A stretch of 64,000 nt of DNA from Takakia lepidozioides. Lineage: Eukaryota > Plantae > Bryophyta. The position numbers and the translations under genes are program-made. Below, one piece after another: positions 11,485 to 25,100 of this stretch. The number at the start of each line of letters is the position of its first letter. The stretch's first letter is position 1. Below the pieces are notes generated by a model. The model worked only from the letters and a program-made list of their open reading frames with translations. It was not told where the DNA came from and did no database searches. Where the stretch lies: NCBI GenBank assembly GCA_030704615.1, contig CM060731.1, positions 46,128,001 through 46,192,000 of the forward strand, written 5' to 3'.

Positions 11485-13689
11485 ATGAGTATTGGCACCG
11501 TATCTGATGGAGCGCATGAATTGACAGAAAGGGGGCAAGGGAACAACAAGCACGCTTGTGGAGCCTGCGGGGATGTCGGTACAGTGTTGAAGGAGGGGAG
11601 ATTGAAGGAGGCTGTGCACCTTTTGGATGTGATGGAACAACGTGGCTTCTGGGCATATTCCGAGACGTGTGGTCGTCTCTTGCAGGGGTACGCAAAGACG
11701 AAGGCCCTAGCAGATGGCAAGGCTGTCCACGCCCACATCGTGAAAAGTGGATTTGGCTCAAACATCTTCCTAGCCAACACCCTCGTCAGCATGTATGGTA
11801 AATGCGGAAGTGTTGAGGATGCGCGAAAAGTGTTTGACAAAATGCCCAAACGGAATGTTATTTCATGGACTGCGATGATTGCAGGATTTGCTCAGCAAGG
11901 GCTTTGTGAAGAGGCATTTGACCTCTTTCGACAAATGGAACGAGAAGGAGTCAAAGCAGACAAAGTCACTTTCATGAGCATCCTGAGCGCTTGTGTTAGC
12001 CCATCAAACCTGGAAGAAGGCAAGTGGCTCCATGCTGGCATCATAAAAGCTGGATTAGAGTCAGACGTGCAAGTCGGGACTGCCCTTTTCAGCATGTATT
12101 GCAGGTGCGGGAATGTTGTGGATGCGCGCAGAGTCTTTGATAGACTGCCAAATCGAGATGTCATCTCATGGAATGCGATGATCGCAGGATTAGCTCAGCA
12201 AGGGCGTGGAGAAGAGGCATTTGACCTTTTTCGGAAAATGCAACGAGAAGGAGTGAAGGTAGATAAGGTCACCTTCATGAGCATCCTGAGCGTATGTGCC
12301 AGCCCACTTGCCCTGCTACAGGGCAAGTGGCTTCATTCCAGAATCATTGAAGCTGGATCTAAGTCAGATGTTGAAGTTGGGAATGCACTTGTCAGCATGT
12401 ATAGCAGGTGTGGGAGTGTTGTAGATGCACGACATGTGTTTGACAAGATGCCTAAGCGAGATGTGATCTCATGGAATGCTATGATTGCAGGATTAGCTCA
12501 GCCATGGCATGCTGAAGAGGCATTTCAACTCTTTCGCCGCATGCAACTACAAGGTATCCAACCTAACAAGATCACTTTCATTCACATCCTCAATGCTTGC
12601 TCCAGCCTAGCAGCCCTGGAGGAGGGCAAGTGGATCCATACCCTCATCATCAAATCTGGATTCGAATCCGATGTCCGTGTGTGTAATGTCCTTGTTGATA
12701 TGTATGCCAAGTGTGGCAGTGTTGAAGATGCACGGCAAGTGTTTGATGCAATTTTGGAACGAGAAGTTGTCTCTTGGAATGCGATGATTATAGGATATGC
12801 TCAGCATGGGCGTGGCAAGGAGGCACTCCAACTCTTTGACCACATGCAGCAGGAAGGGGTGAGGCCGGATGAAGTCACATTTATTGGTGTTCTTTGTGCA
12901 TGCAGCCATGTGGGCTTGGTTGCCAAAGGCCGTCATTACTTTCTCTGTATGAGTCAGAATCATGGCATTGCACCAACTGCAATGCACTATGGCTGCATGG
13001 TTGACCTTCTTAGCCGTGCAGGGCACTTGGATGAGGCAGAGGACTTTATCAGCAAAATGCCATTTGAACCAGATGCCTCAATGTGGAGGCCCTTGCTTGG
13101 TGCCTGCAGAATCCATGGCAATGCAGAGTTAGCAGAACGCACTGCAGAGTGTATCCTCAAGCTGGAACCAGGAAATGCTGCAGTGTATGTCTTGCTCTCA
13201 AATGTCTATGCTGCGGCTGGGAGGTGGGATGATGTAGCAAAGGTGAGAAGAGCAATGAAGGACAGAGGTGTGAAGAAGGAACCAGGGCGCAGTTGGATTG
13301 AGGTCCAGAACATGGTACATTCATTTATCGCTGACGATAGATCACATCCACAAACAGATGACATCTACACTGAACTGGAGAGATTGGGTAGGCAGATGAA
13401 GGAGGCGGGATATGTACCTGACACAACATTTGTGTTGCATGATGTTCATCAACAGACAAAGGAAGAGGCTCTCTCCTATCACAGCGAAAAACTGGCCATT
13501 GCTTTTGGGCTGATCAGCACACCCCCTGGGATGGCTATCCGCATAATCAAGAACCTTAGGGTATGTGGTGATTGCCACACTGCCAGCAAGTTCATTTGCA
13601 AGATTGTTGGGCGAGAAATTATCGCCAGGGATGCCACCCGCTTTCATCACTTCCAGAATGGGGTGTGTTCTTGTGGGGACTATTGGTGA
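11485..13689 (+). CDS. PLS-class PPR protein with E1-E2-DYW domain; putative organellar C-to-U RNA editing factor
   Basis: Uninterrupted ORF: partial P, L-S, three P-L-S triplets, P2-L2-S2, E1, E2, PG box ([11 protein letters not shown]), HSEKLA, CGDCH and terminal CSCGDYW. First ATG at 11485; an upstream exon is not excluded. Confidence 0.95.
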   Translation: MSIGTVSDGAHELTERGQGNNKHACGACGDVGTVLKEGRLKEAVHLLDVMEQRGFWAYSETCGRLLQGYAKTKALADGKAVHAHIVKSGFGSNIFLANTLVSMYGKCGSVEDARKVFDKMPKRNVISWTAMIAGFAQQGLCEEAFDLFRQMEREGVKADKVTFMSILSACVSPSNLEEGKWLHAGIIKAGLESDVQVGTALFSMYCRCGNVVDARRVFDRLPNRDVISWNAMIAGLAQQGRGEEAFDLFRKMQREGVKVDKVTFMSILSVCASPLALLQGKWLHSRIIEAGSKSDVEVGNALVSMYSRCGSVVDARHVFDKMPKRDVISWNAMIAGLAQPWHAEEAFQLFRRMQLQGIQPNKITFIHILNACSSLAALEEGKWIHTLIIKSGFESDVRVCNVLVDMYAKCGSVEDARQVFDAILEREVVSWNAMIIGYAQHGRGKEALQLFDHMQQEGVRPDEVTFIGVLCACSHVGLVAKGRHYFLCMSQNHGIAPTAMHYGCMVDLLSRAGHLDEAEDFISKMPFEPDASMWRPLLGACRIHGNAELAERTAECILKLEPGNAAVYVLLSNVYAAAGRWDDVAKVRRAMKDRGVKKEPGRSWIEVQNMVHSFIADDRSHPQTDDIYTELERLGRQMKEAGYVPDTTFVLHDVHQQTKEEALSYHSEKLAIAFGLISTPPGMAIRIIKNLRVCGDCHTASKFICKIVGREIIARDATRFHHFQNGVCSCGDYW

Positions 13690-15129
13690 GGATGAGCATG
13701 CAAGCGACAAATGTCCTCCTTGAAGGCCTTCACTACAGCCACACGAGAATAAAATGATTTCATGCCTTCAAAGGCGTTGTGACCTCTTGACACCATCTCT
13801 ATGAAATGCAGGGTCGACAAGCTCGCCATCACATTTAACAGAGGGCTTGCGGCAGCTAAAAGGGTGCACTACAAGTTTTTCACAAGGATTTTGGTAGTAC
13901 TGGTCCTCAGGGTTTACAGGTATGACTGTATCTACGAGCGAAGATGGCCACTGCAATTTTTCACATCTCATCACCAACAGGGTACTTCACAGGTAGCAAA
14001 TGATGTGATCTCCGCCTATTCCACATTTGCTGGCACCTTCAATGAAGTCCTGCCTTGTAGCTCAAGGTGCTCCACCGTATGTGAGAAAAGCAGTCGAGAG
14101 CACGGAATTCCGGTTCGCTCTGTGCATCAGGGCTGCTCATGCCACCCTCACGAATGCTTCAGTTGCTGCCTTGTCTAAAAAACATTCTTGGAACCAACAT
14201 AGAGAAGCTCCAATGTAGCAGTACTCATTGAAAATGTGAATCTTTCCGTATTGCTCCATTTATACACCTTGGTGACTTATCGACACAACCCAAGGTACTC
14301 GCGATTTATGTCTCTCTCCATCAGTATCTTCTTCTCTAACACCTCCTGGATCTTGCAGAGAGTAATATACCACTCTCCAGCCACTACCTCAGAACTGTAT
14401 GGTCAATGGAGAACCCTCCTGTCATGTCCCCGGGCCATTGATTCATGAGGGGTCAGGATCTGCTTGGGTTTGTGCCAGCCATTTGGCTTGCAGGTGTTCC
14501 GGGGCTCTGGCCCGTGGTCTTGTAATGCAAAGGTGCGGTCTTTGGGGTGTACAACCTGGTTTATTCCTGGTGTACATGTATGATATGAACTCTATGGTGG
14601 CTGGATGGTATAGAAGATACCAGTCAATTTGCATGTTGATGCCTCATTGCATAGCAAACTGCAACTCTTTCTAACTACACTTCCCTTTTATCTTGAGCGA
14701 CCTCGTGAGGCTGAGAACATGTGAGGCACACTCGAAATGAGCTTTCCCAGAACTACAGACTGTTTGAAGCAGGGCACAAACAAAGAGGTAGGATGTGTAA
14801 TTCTACCATCAATATATGAAGGGAGACGTTTGTTTTGTTTTTTTTGCAGCGTCCTCAAACTGCGGGGCCCAGCCCCGGTGCTTGGTGCCGTTGGAGAGCC
14901 CTCGATGAGGAGGGCTGCACCGGCTTGGTCTCATGATTTTTGGACCCACTGCTTGGGAGATGTGGAATTTCAAGTGCTTTGGGTCACTGGAAATTCGGCA
15001 AAGTGGGCTTTCCTGCAGCAGTGATTGGCCTTCACATGGGAGATTTGGAATTTTAAGTACTATTGGTTGTTGGAAATTCGTAAAAAATAACAAAATGGAT
15101 ATAGCAATATACGAAGCTTCGACAAAATA

Positions 15130-15640
15130 GCAAATTGGGCTTACCTGGACAATGCTTGGAGCCTCAATGGGAGATATATCAATGATGCTTGGATATATTA
15201 CTACTCAATAAATTTCATGCAAAGAAATAAATTGGGCCTTGACATGGGAGATGTACTTGGATACATAGGAGATTGCACTTGGGCTTAGATGACACTAGAC
15301 ACTTGGGCCTCTACATGGGAGATGCACTTGGATACATGAATAGAAGATTGCACTTGGGCTTAGATATAGGAGACGCACTTGGATACATAGGAAATTGCAC
15401 TTGGTCTTCGATTTCAATTCGTCACACATGGGCCGACGGCATAGGCTACACTAGAGGTCGCACTTGGGCCTGGACATAGGAGACGCACGGGGATACATAG
15501 GAAAATTGCACTTGATCTTAGATTTTCAATTCTTCACACATGGGCGTCCTAGAGGTTGCACCTAGGCCTCAACATAGAAGACGCACTTGAATACATAGAA
15601 GATCTTACACTCGGATTGGACACTTGGGCCAACGGCACAG
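15130..15640. repeat. Degenerate tandem repeat array, ~21-23 bp subunits
   Basis: Recurring gcacttgg(g/a)...acat(a/g)ggaga units, e.g. gcacttggatacataggaaattgcacttgg. Confidence 0.75.
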
Positions 15641-16076
15641 GCTACCCTAGTATGTACTATTATACATATATATATGTGTATATATAAAGTGAACAGGGAC
15701 AGAGGCCCTCGTAAAAACTTTATTTGGAATTATTTGCCAAAAAAATTAAAACCCCTTATACACCATGAGGTACATGCACCATTATCAGTGAATGAAACGA
15801 ACTAGACCTTTTGGAGAGAGAATCAATCCTAGAGCGAACTATGACTGGGCCTGAGGTCCGTGCCTGTCATGTAGAATTGTAGGACTCTAACATTTTAATT
15901 GTCTTCTAAGTAGTATTAAGAAGTTAACAATGAACGAATGTTGTGGTTATTCACAGAGGGTATTGATTAAGGGGAACTACTCAAAAGTCATCGGTAATGA
16001 AGTCTCGAGGCGTTTGCGAAAGACTTGAGGTGCTTTCAATTGATGTCACGCTCGAACTCGGGGGGAGGATGTGGAG

Positions 16077-16754
16077 TGTCGCACACCTCACTTCGGTAGA
16101 CTCCCCTTTAAGTCATAGTTAGTCGCTTTGATGCGCGCGCCTAATTCCCAAACTAGCCGTCGGGCCAACTCGGAGTTTTGGCTACTCGCCGAGACATAAC
16201 GGTCCCCCTTGCTCCCCCACGGAACCCTCGATCACTCGGGCTTAGTGGAAATTTCCTTTGGTTGTAGGTAGTCCGGAATAGCTCGGTCGTTTTCCGGCTC
16301 GCTTGTTTGTTCACTAGCTTTTTGGTCGCTCAACATGCTTGCACCATAATTCTCAGGGTTACTACTCCTTATATATACTTCTGTAGGTGTCGGCGGGGGT
16401 CTCACAAACAGCCAAGTCCTTTTCTGATGAACCACCACCGTGACCCTCGATTCCCTGTGATGATTCGCGGTGAGTCTTGGCCCACCTACCATAGCCCCAA
16501 TGGACCGTGGTAAGCCCCAAGACTCCCCACGACTCCCACCACAATGAGTTGAGTCATATCTCACCCCCACTACGACTCCCTACGCTACGACCACCCCCTG
16601 TGGAGCCCCCACCACAACCCCGCTTGCGGAGCTCCCCCAGTGAGTGCCTTCGGCCCTCAAGGGTGCTTCAACCCCCATTCCTACTTGCTGCTGCTGTCCC
16701 CTAGCACAGGGGCAACCCCTCTTGTGTCCCGAACCCCTGGCAAGGGCTCACACA
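16077..16754 (-). mobile_element. Older, diverged LTR related to the 5939/30412 family; no TSD
   Basis: Reverse complement of the same LTR (tgtcgcacacctcacttcggta...agtcatagtt...tgtgtcccgaacccct). Flanks tggag and aataa do not match. Confidence 0.8.
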
Positions 16755-18330
16755 AATAAAATAGTTAACTGGTCATGGAGAATGGCGCGACCCCATAAGT
16801 TGGAGAGATGAGACTTATGCCTTGTCTGTAGAATTTGAAGCCAAATAGGATTAATGGATTGAATGAGATCATTGTAACCATGTTTGGCCCTGGCCGTTCC
16901 AACCTTTTCAGCAACAACAACATTGATCACGAATTTGGGAAATGTCTAGTCTATCTTATGCAGACCAGCGTCTAGCCTGGTTACGTTGGGAGGGGGAAGG
17001 TAGATTAGAGTTGAGGATCAATAGGTGCTGGCAAAGAGTTTCATAGAAAGTTTTTGGTTCTGTTTTTTTGAGGATATGTCTGAGTTGCCCCCAAGCATGC
17101 CAGATTGCCGCCCAGAGGGTGGAGCCCACTGTTTTGTGTTTGAAACCTTGTCCAATCCATCGTAAGGAAGGCTGACATAGTACCAGGTTGAGAGGAGAGG
17201 CGTTCGTGATGTGGTGGGTCACTAGGAATTTCCACCAACCTCCCTCTAGCCCCAGAAATCATGGAATCTATTTGCCAAGGGTGCTGTGATTTGGGTTTCG
17301 GGGTCTAGAATTCCAATGCAACCTTTCTTCTTTGGGAGACAACTCTATTTCCAAGCCACCCGATGTATTTTTTTTCTGTACTGAGGTTTCAACTCCCCAG
17401 ATGAAATTCCTTAAGAGCCATTTAACTTCCTAGAGAGAGAGAGAAGACTCCTGCCAGAGCCAGCGTTACTAAGAGCCACTTCACCTTGCGGCTACTGCCT
17501 CCTTTCAGGGATGGGGCGCCCTATAAGAACATATGTGCCGTAGCACCTAAAATTAAAACCTTATGCATGAGTTTGTTCTAGTTTGTGTTTGTTAGTGATG
17601 AGGGCTGTGACAGACCGGATGGTGGTAAGATGGATACTGCGGAAACAATGGTGGATAACTGTAATAGGGATGCTAAAGTTGTTATATAAAACGTTTAGGT
17701 TGGCGTTGTGAATGCCACCTCGGGTGCCTGCTGTGATGACTATTAAGGGGCCAGTACGCCAACCGTGTTGTCTAATTGCAAGGATGAGGGGAGCATATTT
17801 TTGGTGTTTACTTAGGATGGCTGTGCCCGGGTACCTATCATGACAATACATAAATTCTACAAAGTCAATGATAAGACTGCGTGATGGAGTGGTGGGGGGA
17901 GTGGCATTCAGGGGCAGACACGTAGCTAAGTATGTCTGGGCAAAGGCAAATGGGGCAGGTGCACGGTGTGGTGGGGCAGTGGCATGGGAGCAGCCATGCC
18001 TGAGTAATATGGTCGGGGGGTGGACCTTAATAAATGTAGCATTGATGAGGGAGAACCATCGAGTGTCTGTGTGGTTCATGAGGAGTTTGTGAAGGTGCCA
18101 TGTATTGCCTGGTTGTGTCGGATGATCCTCAGCCCGTGTATAATAGAATGGGTGCATCGGCTTAGTAAATGGGGCCAAGTGTCATGAGCTGGCGGAAAAT
18201 GAGTGTTTAATTTCCTAGATCTAGGAAGAGCCTGGTTGCCACGAGGTAGCGTAATCCCAGATGCCAGCAGATAGGATTTTGATTGGCAGTGAGAGCTCGG
18301 CCAATTATGGAAAGGTGATTGGAGCCCCAT
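16755..18330 (-). pseudogene. Second L1 ORF2 remnant (post-RT region), interrupted by the RLE-LINE
   Basis: RALTANQ (right of the insertion) continues as EVKWLLRNFIWG..HRVAW..CLPKKKGCIGILDP, then LWAAIWHAW. Confidence 0.75.
17435..18205 (-). mobile_element. 5'-truncated non-LTR retrotransposon with CCHC and restriction-like endonuclease (Dualen/RandI-like)
   Basis: DTWPHLLSRC..IRHNQA, WLLP..CPDIL and IIDFVEFMYCHD..KHQKYAPL..HGW..ITAGTRGGIH. (TC)n tail. TSD tttaa(c/t)ttcctaga at 17421-17434 and 18206-18219. Confidence 0.8.
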
Positions 18331-19359
18331 TAAGCTAGTTTCTGCTTAAGCTTTGTGAGAATAAGAACAAATCTTTGCTGGTCCGTGAGGTTGATTCCAA
18401 AGGTGTAACCAAGGAGAGTGGTTGATTGGCCTGGTTCTGACCCTCACGAAGGGGAAGCCCCAAGAGAGGAGGCAATGAGATCCCTAACTAGAAGGGCAGA
18501 TGTTTTACTCCAATTAACTTTAAAGCCCGAAGCAGAGCAGAAGGTATTGAGGTTGTTAGCCGCCCTACAAGTGATACTTCGGAGGTCTTTTATATGTTTC
18601 ATAGACATGACAACAATATTTATGGCGAGAGCATTGTTCTCATTTTTGGCAAATTTTTATATTTTTTACCTCTAAAAATATAATATAATATTTTGTCATA
18701 AATTCATGTTTTTCCATGGATGATACCTCCAAACTTGTCCAAATACAATGAACATAATGGATGAATGTGCCAAATATGGATGATATGAATGGATGCTAGT
18801 ACAGAGGAGGATGATTCTATCCAAATTTCAGTGGATGAACAGAGAATATGGCTATTTCCTACAAAACTCAGTAGCCACTTGTGCCATTTTCCAAATTTCA
18901 AAAACAAATCGCCTGGGCGAGAGCCACTCTATAATTAAGTAATTGTAGGATTTTCGGTTTGTAGCTATCTACTACTTTTAGCGCTCCTACTTTAGACTCC
19001 CCCCATTTTACATGCATCCTGCTCATCCCCACTAGAGGTTCCCTTAAACTAGTGTTCGCTATCGCCGCAGCAGCTATGGCCGCCACTTGTATGCTGCCTC
19101 TTCTGGCTCTCATTCTTGTGCACCACCTGTGGCTGCTTCTTCCCTTCACAACTTTCCCCCCTTCTTATTCTTTTTAAGATCTCTCTTCTATGATTTACAA
19201 GGTGCTTCTCCATGTTTTTGGCCTGTTATGAAATCGCGTTGCCCATATGCTGCTCCCTTTTCCTCCTTACTGTTTTACTCGCAAGCTTGTTCATGATCGC
19301 CTGCGTGCTTGGACAAGCCTTTCACTTGTCCTTTTGGTCTTCTCCGATGGGGCCTTGGG

Positions 19360-22180
19360 TGTTGGCCGACTAGCATGTAGAAATAACAGACCACCTTATC
19401 TGTAACTATAAAGTCAGGGTTATCTGTAACACACAAATAGAACTAGAGTCAGCAAGATTTGTTGTAAAGTAGTAATGAAAGAGACAACTGGGTAGATAGA
19501 AATTAAGCCGATAGAGTTATTAGCACACGGCATGCTAGGTGAGGTAACCGATATAAGACCTGTAAGTCTGTGTCTCAGATGACCGTTCTTGTAGAGATCT
19601 ATTATAGTAAAGCTTGAGCTTTATGTGAGTTTTTAACATGGTATCAGAGCCAGCCATTTGATCCTTAGCTTACAGATAGATACAAGTGTCCACGGTCATG
19701 ACTTCAAAGATTTCAGTGGAAGAGCGTGGTGTTCAGGAGTCATAGGTGACTAGTCATGCAATGATAACGACGCTCAAAGCACTCGAAATTCCACACCCGT
19801 CGAGAATGACAAAAGGTAGTGAGGGAGCTATCTTTGAAATCAACAAGCTGGCGGGAGTAGCCAATTATCAGACTTGGAGGTTCAGATTGAAGAATCTGAT
19901 CGTTCGTGACGATCTCTGGAACATCATCACCGACACAGAGCCGGAGGATGACTCGGAGCTGACAAATCGCAGGAAGCAGAGGCTACTCGCCATGATTAAT
20001 CTTTTAGTGAAAGATGAGATCATACCATACATCTCTGAGATTGATGATCCTCGTCAAGTCTGGAACAAGCTAGAAAATTTGTTTGCCTCAGCAAGTCCAG
20101 CCAGAAGACTGTTGATCAGGAATCAATTGTATATTGCCAAGGTGACTGAGGGTAGTAGTGTATCTGACTACCTAAGAAATGTGCAGGATCTGCACCAGCT
20201 GCTGCTAGCGATGGGAGATGTCATACCAAATGAAGATATCGTCATGGCGATACTCAATGCTCTACCTGAGAGCTATGAGTCATTTATACAAAGCATCTCC
20301 AGTAGGGATGAATTTCCTACATTTGACCAGCTTGTGACTCGAATCCATCACGAAGAAACTAGGAGGGAGCTGAAGGGAACCAAGAAGGTTGAGCAGGAGG
20401 CCTTGATCATGAAGTTTAAGAAGCTATAAAAAAAGAATGATGAGCATAGGTCGACCAAGCCAAAGCCTGGCAAGTGCTACAATTGTGGAGAACCAGGTCA
20501 CTGGGCCCGTGAGTGCACTAACCAAAAAAAAATGGGGAAGAGACCACATCAAACAAATAGTAGCACCAAGGCAAAAGGGAAGCAAGTTGCAAACATCGTG
20601 CAGACTGAATCAAGTGATGAAGACAAAGAGTCTATTGAAGAGGGATCTGATCTGTTTGAAATGGCAGTGGCCTCTCTTGAGATAGAGAAAACTCACGATG
20701 GAAGCCCCTGGTACTTTGACTCGGGGGCATCCAAACATGTGACGGGAAATAAAAGTAGTTTGGACAGCTTTGAGGCCTCTGTGAATGATGGACGTGTGAA
20801 GTCTACATGAGGGCAAACTCACACTGTGAAAGGCAAAGGCAAAGCCACATTTGTAACCCCTTCAGGAATAAAAAGGATTGACGAGGTTCTCTACGTACCG
20901 GGTCTGACCAAAAATTTGTTGTCAGTAGGATCTATAGCGGACAAGGGACACATCGTTGTGTTTGATTCGCATAGATGTCTGGTAATGTCCAAAAATGGCC
21001 CAAACAGATAGTAGCAAAAGGGATTCGTGACCCTAGAAATAGTCTCTATAAGATGAATATACAACAGATAGAAGTAAATGTTGTGTCATCGAGAGAGAAG
21101 GAAGTCATGTTATGGCATCAAAGGCTGGGGCATTTAGGCTCTCAGAACATAAAGCTACTGGAAAAGCAAAATCTTGCAGAAGGGTTGCCAACGCTTGATG
21201 ACCTAGGTGAAACCTGCGAACATTGCATGGCAGGGCGACAAGTCCGAGAGCCAGCTCCGAAAATCAGCACAAGAAGGGCGAACAGGCCGCTCAAGTTGAT
21301 TCACACTGACCTATGTGGACCATTGCCAACAGCATCATTACGCGGTTCTAAGTATTTTGCTACCTTCACTGATGATTATAGCAGATTCACTTGGATATTT
21401 TTTCTCGAGAAGAAGTCAGAGACCTTGGAGAAATTTAAACAATTTAAGCTACTTGCTGAAAATCAGACCAAGGAGAAGCTAGTAGCGCTACGATCAGACC
21501 GTGGAGGTGAGTTTACATCATCGGCCTTCGTCAATTTTTGCAAAGAACATGGGATTAAGAGGGAGTTGACACAAGCATATACTCCTCACCCAAATGGAGT
21601 TTCTGAAAGGAAGAATCGAACGCTGTTGGAAAAGGCTCGGAGCATGTTTCTACCCAGCAAACTCCCAGATTATCTTTGGACAGAGGCTGTGAATGCGGCA
21701 AACTATTTGGCCAATAGACTTCCTATTCGTGCAAATGAAGGTATGACTCCCATCCATAAGCTTACAGGCGAGAAACCTCGGCTAGACCATTTGAGAGTCT
21801 GGGGTTGTGAGGCGTTCATGCATGTTGCCAAAAATAAAATAAATAAACTTCAATCCAAGTCCTAGCAACGCCTTCTAGTAGAGTATGACGAGCAGAGCAA
21901 AGCATACAGGTTGTTTTATCCAAAGAAGAAAATCATTGAAATTAGCAAGGATGTCAGATTCAATGAGTCCCAATTTGGATTTAGGTCAAATGACGTTGAT
22001 GCACTACAAGGACCGACACAAATCAGTCCGTTTGTCTTCGGGGAAGTGAAAGATGACTTGAAAACTAAGCTTCTTGCATCACCTGCTACAATACAAAAGC
22101 GTGCTTTGTCAAATGATGGAAACACCAATGCATCTGAAGGGTTTTCTGACAGCAAAATTGAGACGATGCAAGGAGTGACA
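19360..22180 (+). mobile_element. Ty1/Copia element, 3'-truncated: 5' LTR, PBS, gag, protease, integrase; no RT
   Basis: LTR 19360-19638 (TG...CA), PBS tggtatcagagcc (tRNA-iMet) at 19639. Gag ILNALPESYESF, CYNCGEPGHWAREC, WYFDSGASKH, LWHQRLGH, IHTDLCGP, RSDRGGEF, NGVSERKNRT. Confidence 0.93.
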
Positions 22181-25100
22181 TCACAAAGGGTTTGCTCGAG
22201 GATGATGACCATAATTGGAGAAAAATATAGTTTGTTTGGTCGAAGAATGTATAGTGTTGTTGTAGGCAAACTCAGCCAATGACAGAAGGTCCGTCCAATT
22301 ATTTTGGTAATAGTTTATCGTACAGCGAAGATACTGCTCCAAAATCTGGTTTACACGTTCGATTTGACCATCAGTCTGTGGGTGATTAGCTGTAGAGAGG
22401 TTGATCTTACTATCCAATATGTGAAATAATACTCTCCAGAAATGTGATATGAACTGTGGTCCTCGATCAGATACGATGTCATTCGGGAGTCCATGAATGC
22501 GATAGATATTATTGAGGAAGAGTCTTGTAGTTTCCTCGCCGGTAACCGTCTTATTACATAGAATGAAATGTGTCATCTTCGTAAAACGATCTACAATAAT
22601 AAGGATTGAATCGGTGGTCTTGGAAATTGGAAGGTCCATAATAAAGTCCATAGACACGGACGACCATGGACCCTTGGGAATGGGTAATGGTTGAAGAAGG
22701 CCGTAAGGTCGATGTTGTGGTCCCTTCGCTCTAGCACACGTGTCGCAAGATTTTATAAATTCTTTTACGAGTTTCCACATCTGCGGCCACCAATAGTCCC
22801 TGGATATCAATTCCATTGTTTTGTTGAAGCCAAAATGTCCTGCAGCCGGAAAATCATGACATGTTTGAAGAATTCAAAGTCGTGTAGGTCCTGAAGGTAC
22901 ATAGAGAAGTCCCTTGAAATAAAGTAAGTCATCTTTGAATTCGAAGTCGTTTGTAACATGTGGGTTGTCTCGAAGTCAATTTAGTTGACTTCGTAGTGTT
23001 GTAGCAAATTGGTCGCTCTTCAGTGCTTCCTGAATCTCCTTTATGATCTCTGCATCATCATAGGTGGACATGGATAACATATTCAACTGGAGATTTGCTG
23101 GTTTCAAGATGATGGATTTCTGTTGGTCGAAAGCTGTCTCCTTTTTTTTCGGCGCAAGATACGATCGTCGAGAAAGAGCATCGGGTTTCCCTTCGAGATG
23201 TCCGGGGCGATAGGTAATAACAACATCAAACCTTGCTAGTGACATACCCCATCTTGCTTGACATCGATTCAAAACACAAACACTTATAAAATATTCGAGG
23301 TTTTTGTGATCGGTGTAGACAATGACCTGATGTTTAGCTCCCTCCAATAGATGACGTCACTCCTCAAAAGCATCGATGATCGCTAGAAGTTCTTTGTCAT
23401 GGATTTCATAATTGATCTCTGCAGCGGAAAATTTGCGAGAACGAAAACCAACAGGGAATAGGGGTTGAATACCTTTGATATTTCTACATTTTTGTCTTGC
23501 AAAAAAATTTCGCGATCGCCAGTCGATGTCAGGATTGTGAAGTACGAACCAAGGAAGTCCAAGGATCACATGATTCGTTGGAGACTGGATGACGTTGAAA
23601 ACAATATGTGATGCTTGAACTTTAAGCTTTACTTCAAGTGGTCGAGTTTCATGGTCCACATTTTCTGATGCTAACGGTCGTCCATCAATGACTTCAACAT
23701 GGGCCGAAAGTTTCTTCTTTACGAGCGTTAAATTGTGTTGATTCGCAAAATTTTTGTCCATAAAACATGCTGAAGCCCCCGAGTCCAAAAGTGCTTCTAC
23801 AGAGATATCTCGATTTTGCACTCTGATTTTTACCAGAACTGTGAAGCAAGGTGTAGGGTCTGGAGGTAGAAAGAGACATTTTTTCGGTGAGGAATTTGTG
23901 GTGTCCAGCCGCATGGTCCCTACTGTGACTGGACATCTTCGTTTTCTGACCTCCTCGTATCGAACACTTGAGTTGCGCCCCGAGCTTTAAATCTTCTCTT
24001 TTGGGCAGTTTAATGCTATATGATCTTCTTCTCCGCAATAGAGGCACAATCCATTCTAGCGTCGTCTTTGTTTTTCTTGTGGCGTCAATGGCTTGAATCG
24101 GACAACATCAATCTGCATAAGATCACTACCGGATGTCTAATGGATCATTGTGCCGTAGGTTAAAAACATGCTAATGTGTACCACTGACATTCCTGAAAAT
24201 GACTAAATTTTGACTGCTGGCGCGTTACACCGCGGCGCGTGGACATGACATGTTGCGATGAAAACGTGATGAAATTTACAGATGATAGTGGGCACCTCGA
24301 CCCCATCCATCGGATGCTCGTACACCCTTTTGTACACCTCCAATTTTGCTCGTACACCGCTAATTTTGAGTTTACGATACTAACTCGACTTCCATTTACC
24401 ACCATTTGTTTTCCCCTCATCGCATCCAAGCCGGGTTTGGTGTGTTTGATGCCTACTTCAGTGCTACAGATGCTCGTATAATTTTTAGGAGTTTATTTGA
24501 TATATTTTTAATATTAAAATAATTTGCTATGACCTTCACATGTTATGGGTGTGAAAATGAGTCCTAAATGACTACAACATTTTGGGACATTTGAACCTTG
24601 TGCTATTCAAGACTCCTTTAGGACCCCTTAGACTTGTCAAATCACAAAACAATTTATATGGGCACAACAAGAACTTCAAGGGCTTTCTAATGATATAATG
24701 TGTCTATGGTTTCATACTGAACTCGATATCCTAAATTTGGATTGATTGCGCCATATGTGCTGGAAAACAGTTTGTGACATCATTTTTGGGTCCTGTTAGT
24801 GTGCTTTGACCCCATAGTAGCAGTGGCATGATGCATCGTCCACCATCCAGATCGCTTCTCTTGACGTCTTTCGAACAAACGATTATCGCATGCATTGACT
24901 TGGATGATGAATTCACTCAGTGTGCTCATGTTTGGCATTGTCAGCAACAAATCTTTTACATCCTCTTTTAGCCCATATCGAAACTGACTAATGAGACTCT
25001 TCACATTCCAGTCGAGGTCGCACGCAAGTTGTCGAAATTCGTCAGCATAAACGGAAGCATGACGTGCTCTTTGTCGAAGATTTCGCATCTTTGTCTCTGC

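Noticed and set aside
15130-15640. Repeat array as a possible CRISPR
   Set aside because: Units are degenerate and contiguous, with no unique spacers or cas genes, in a eukaryotic context.
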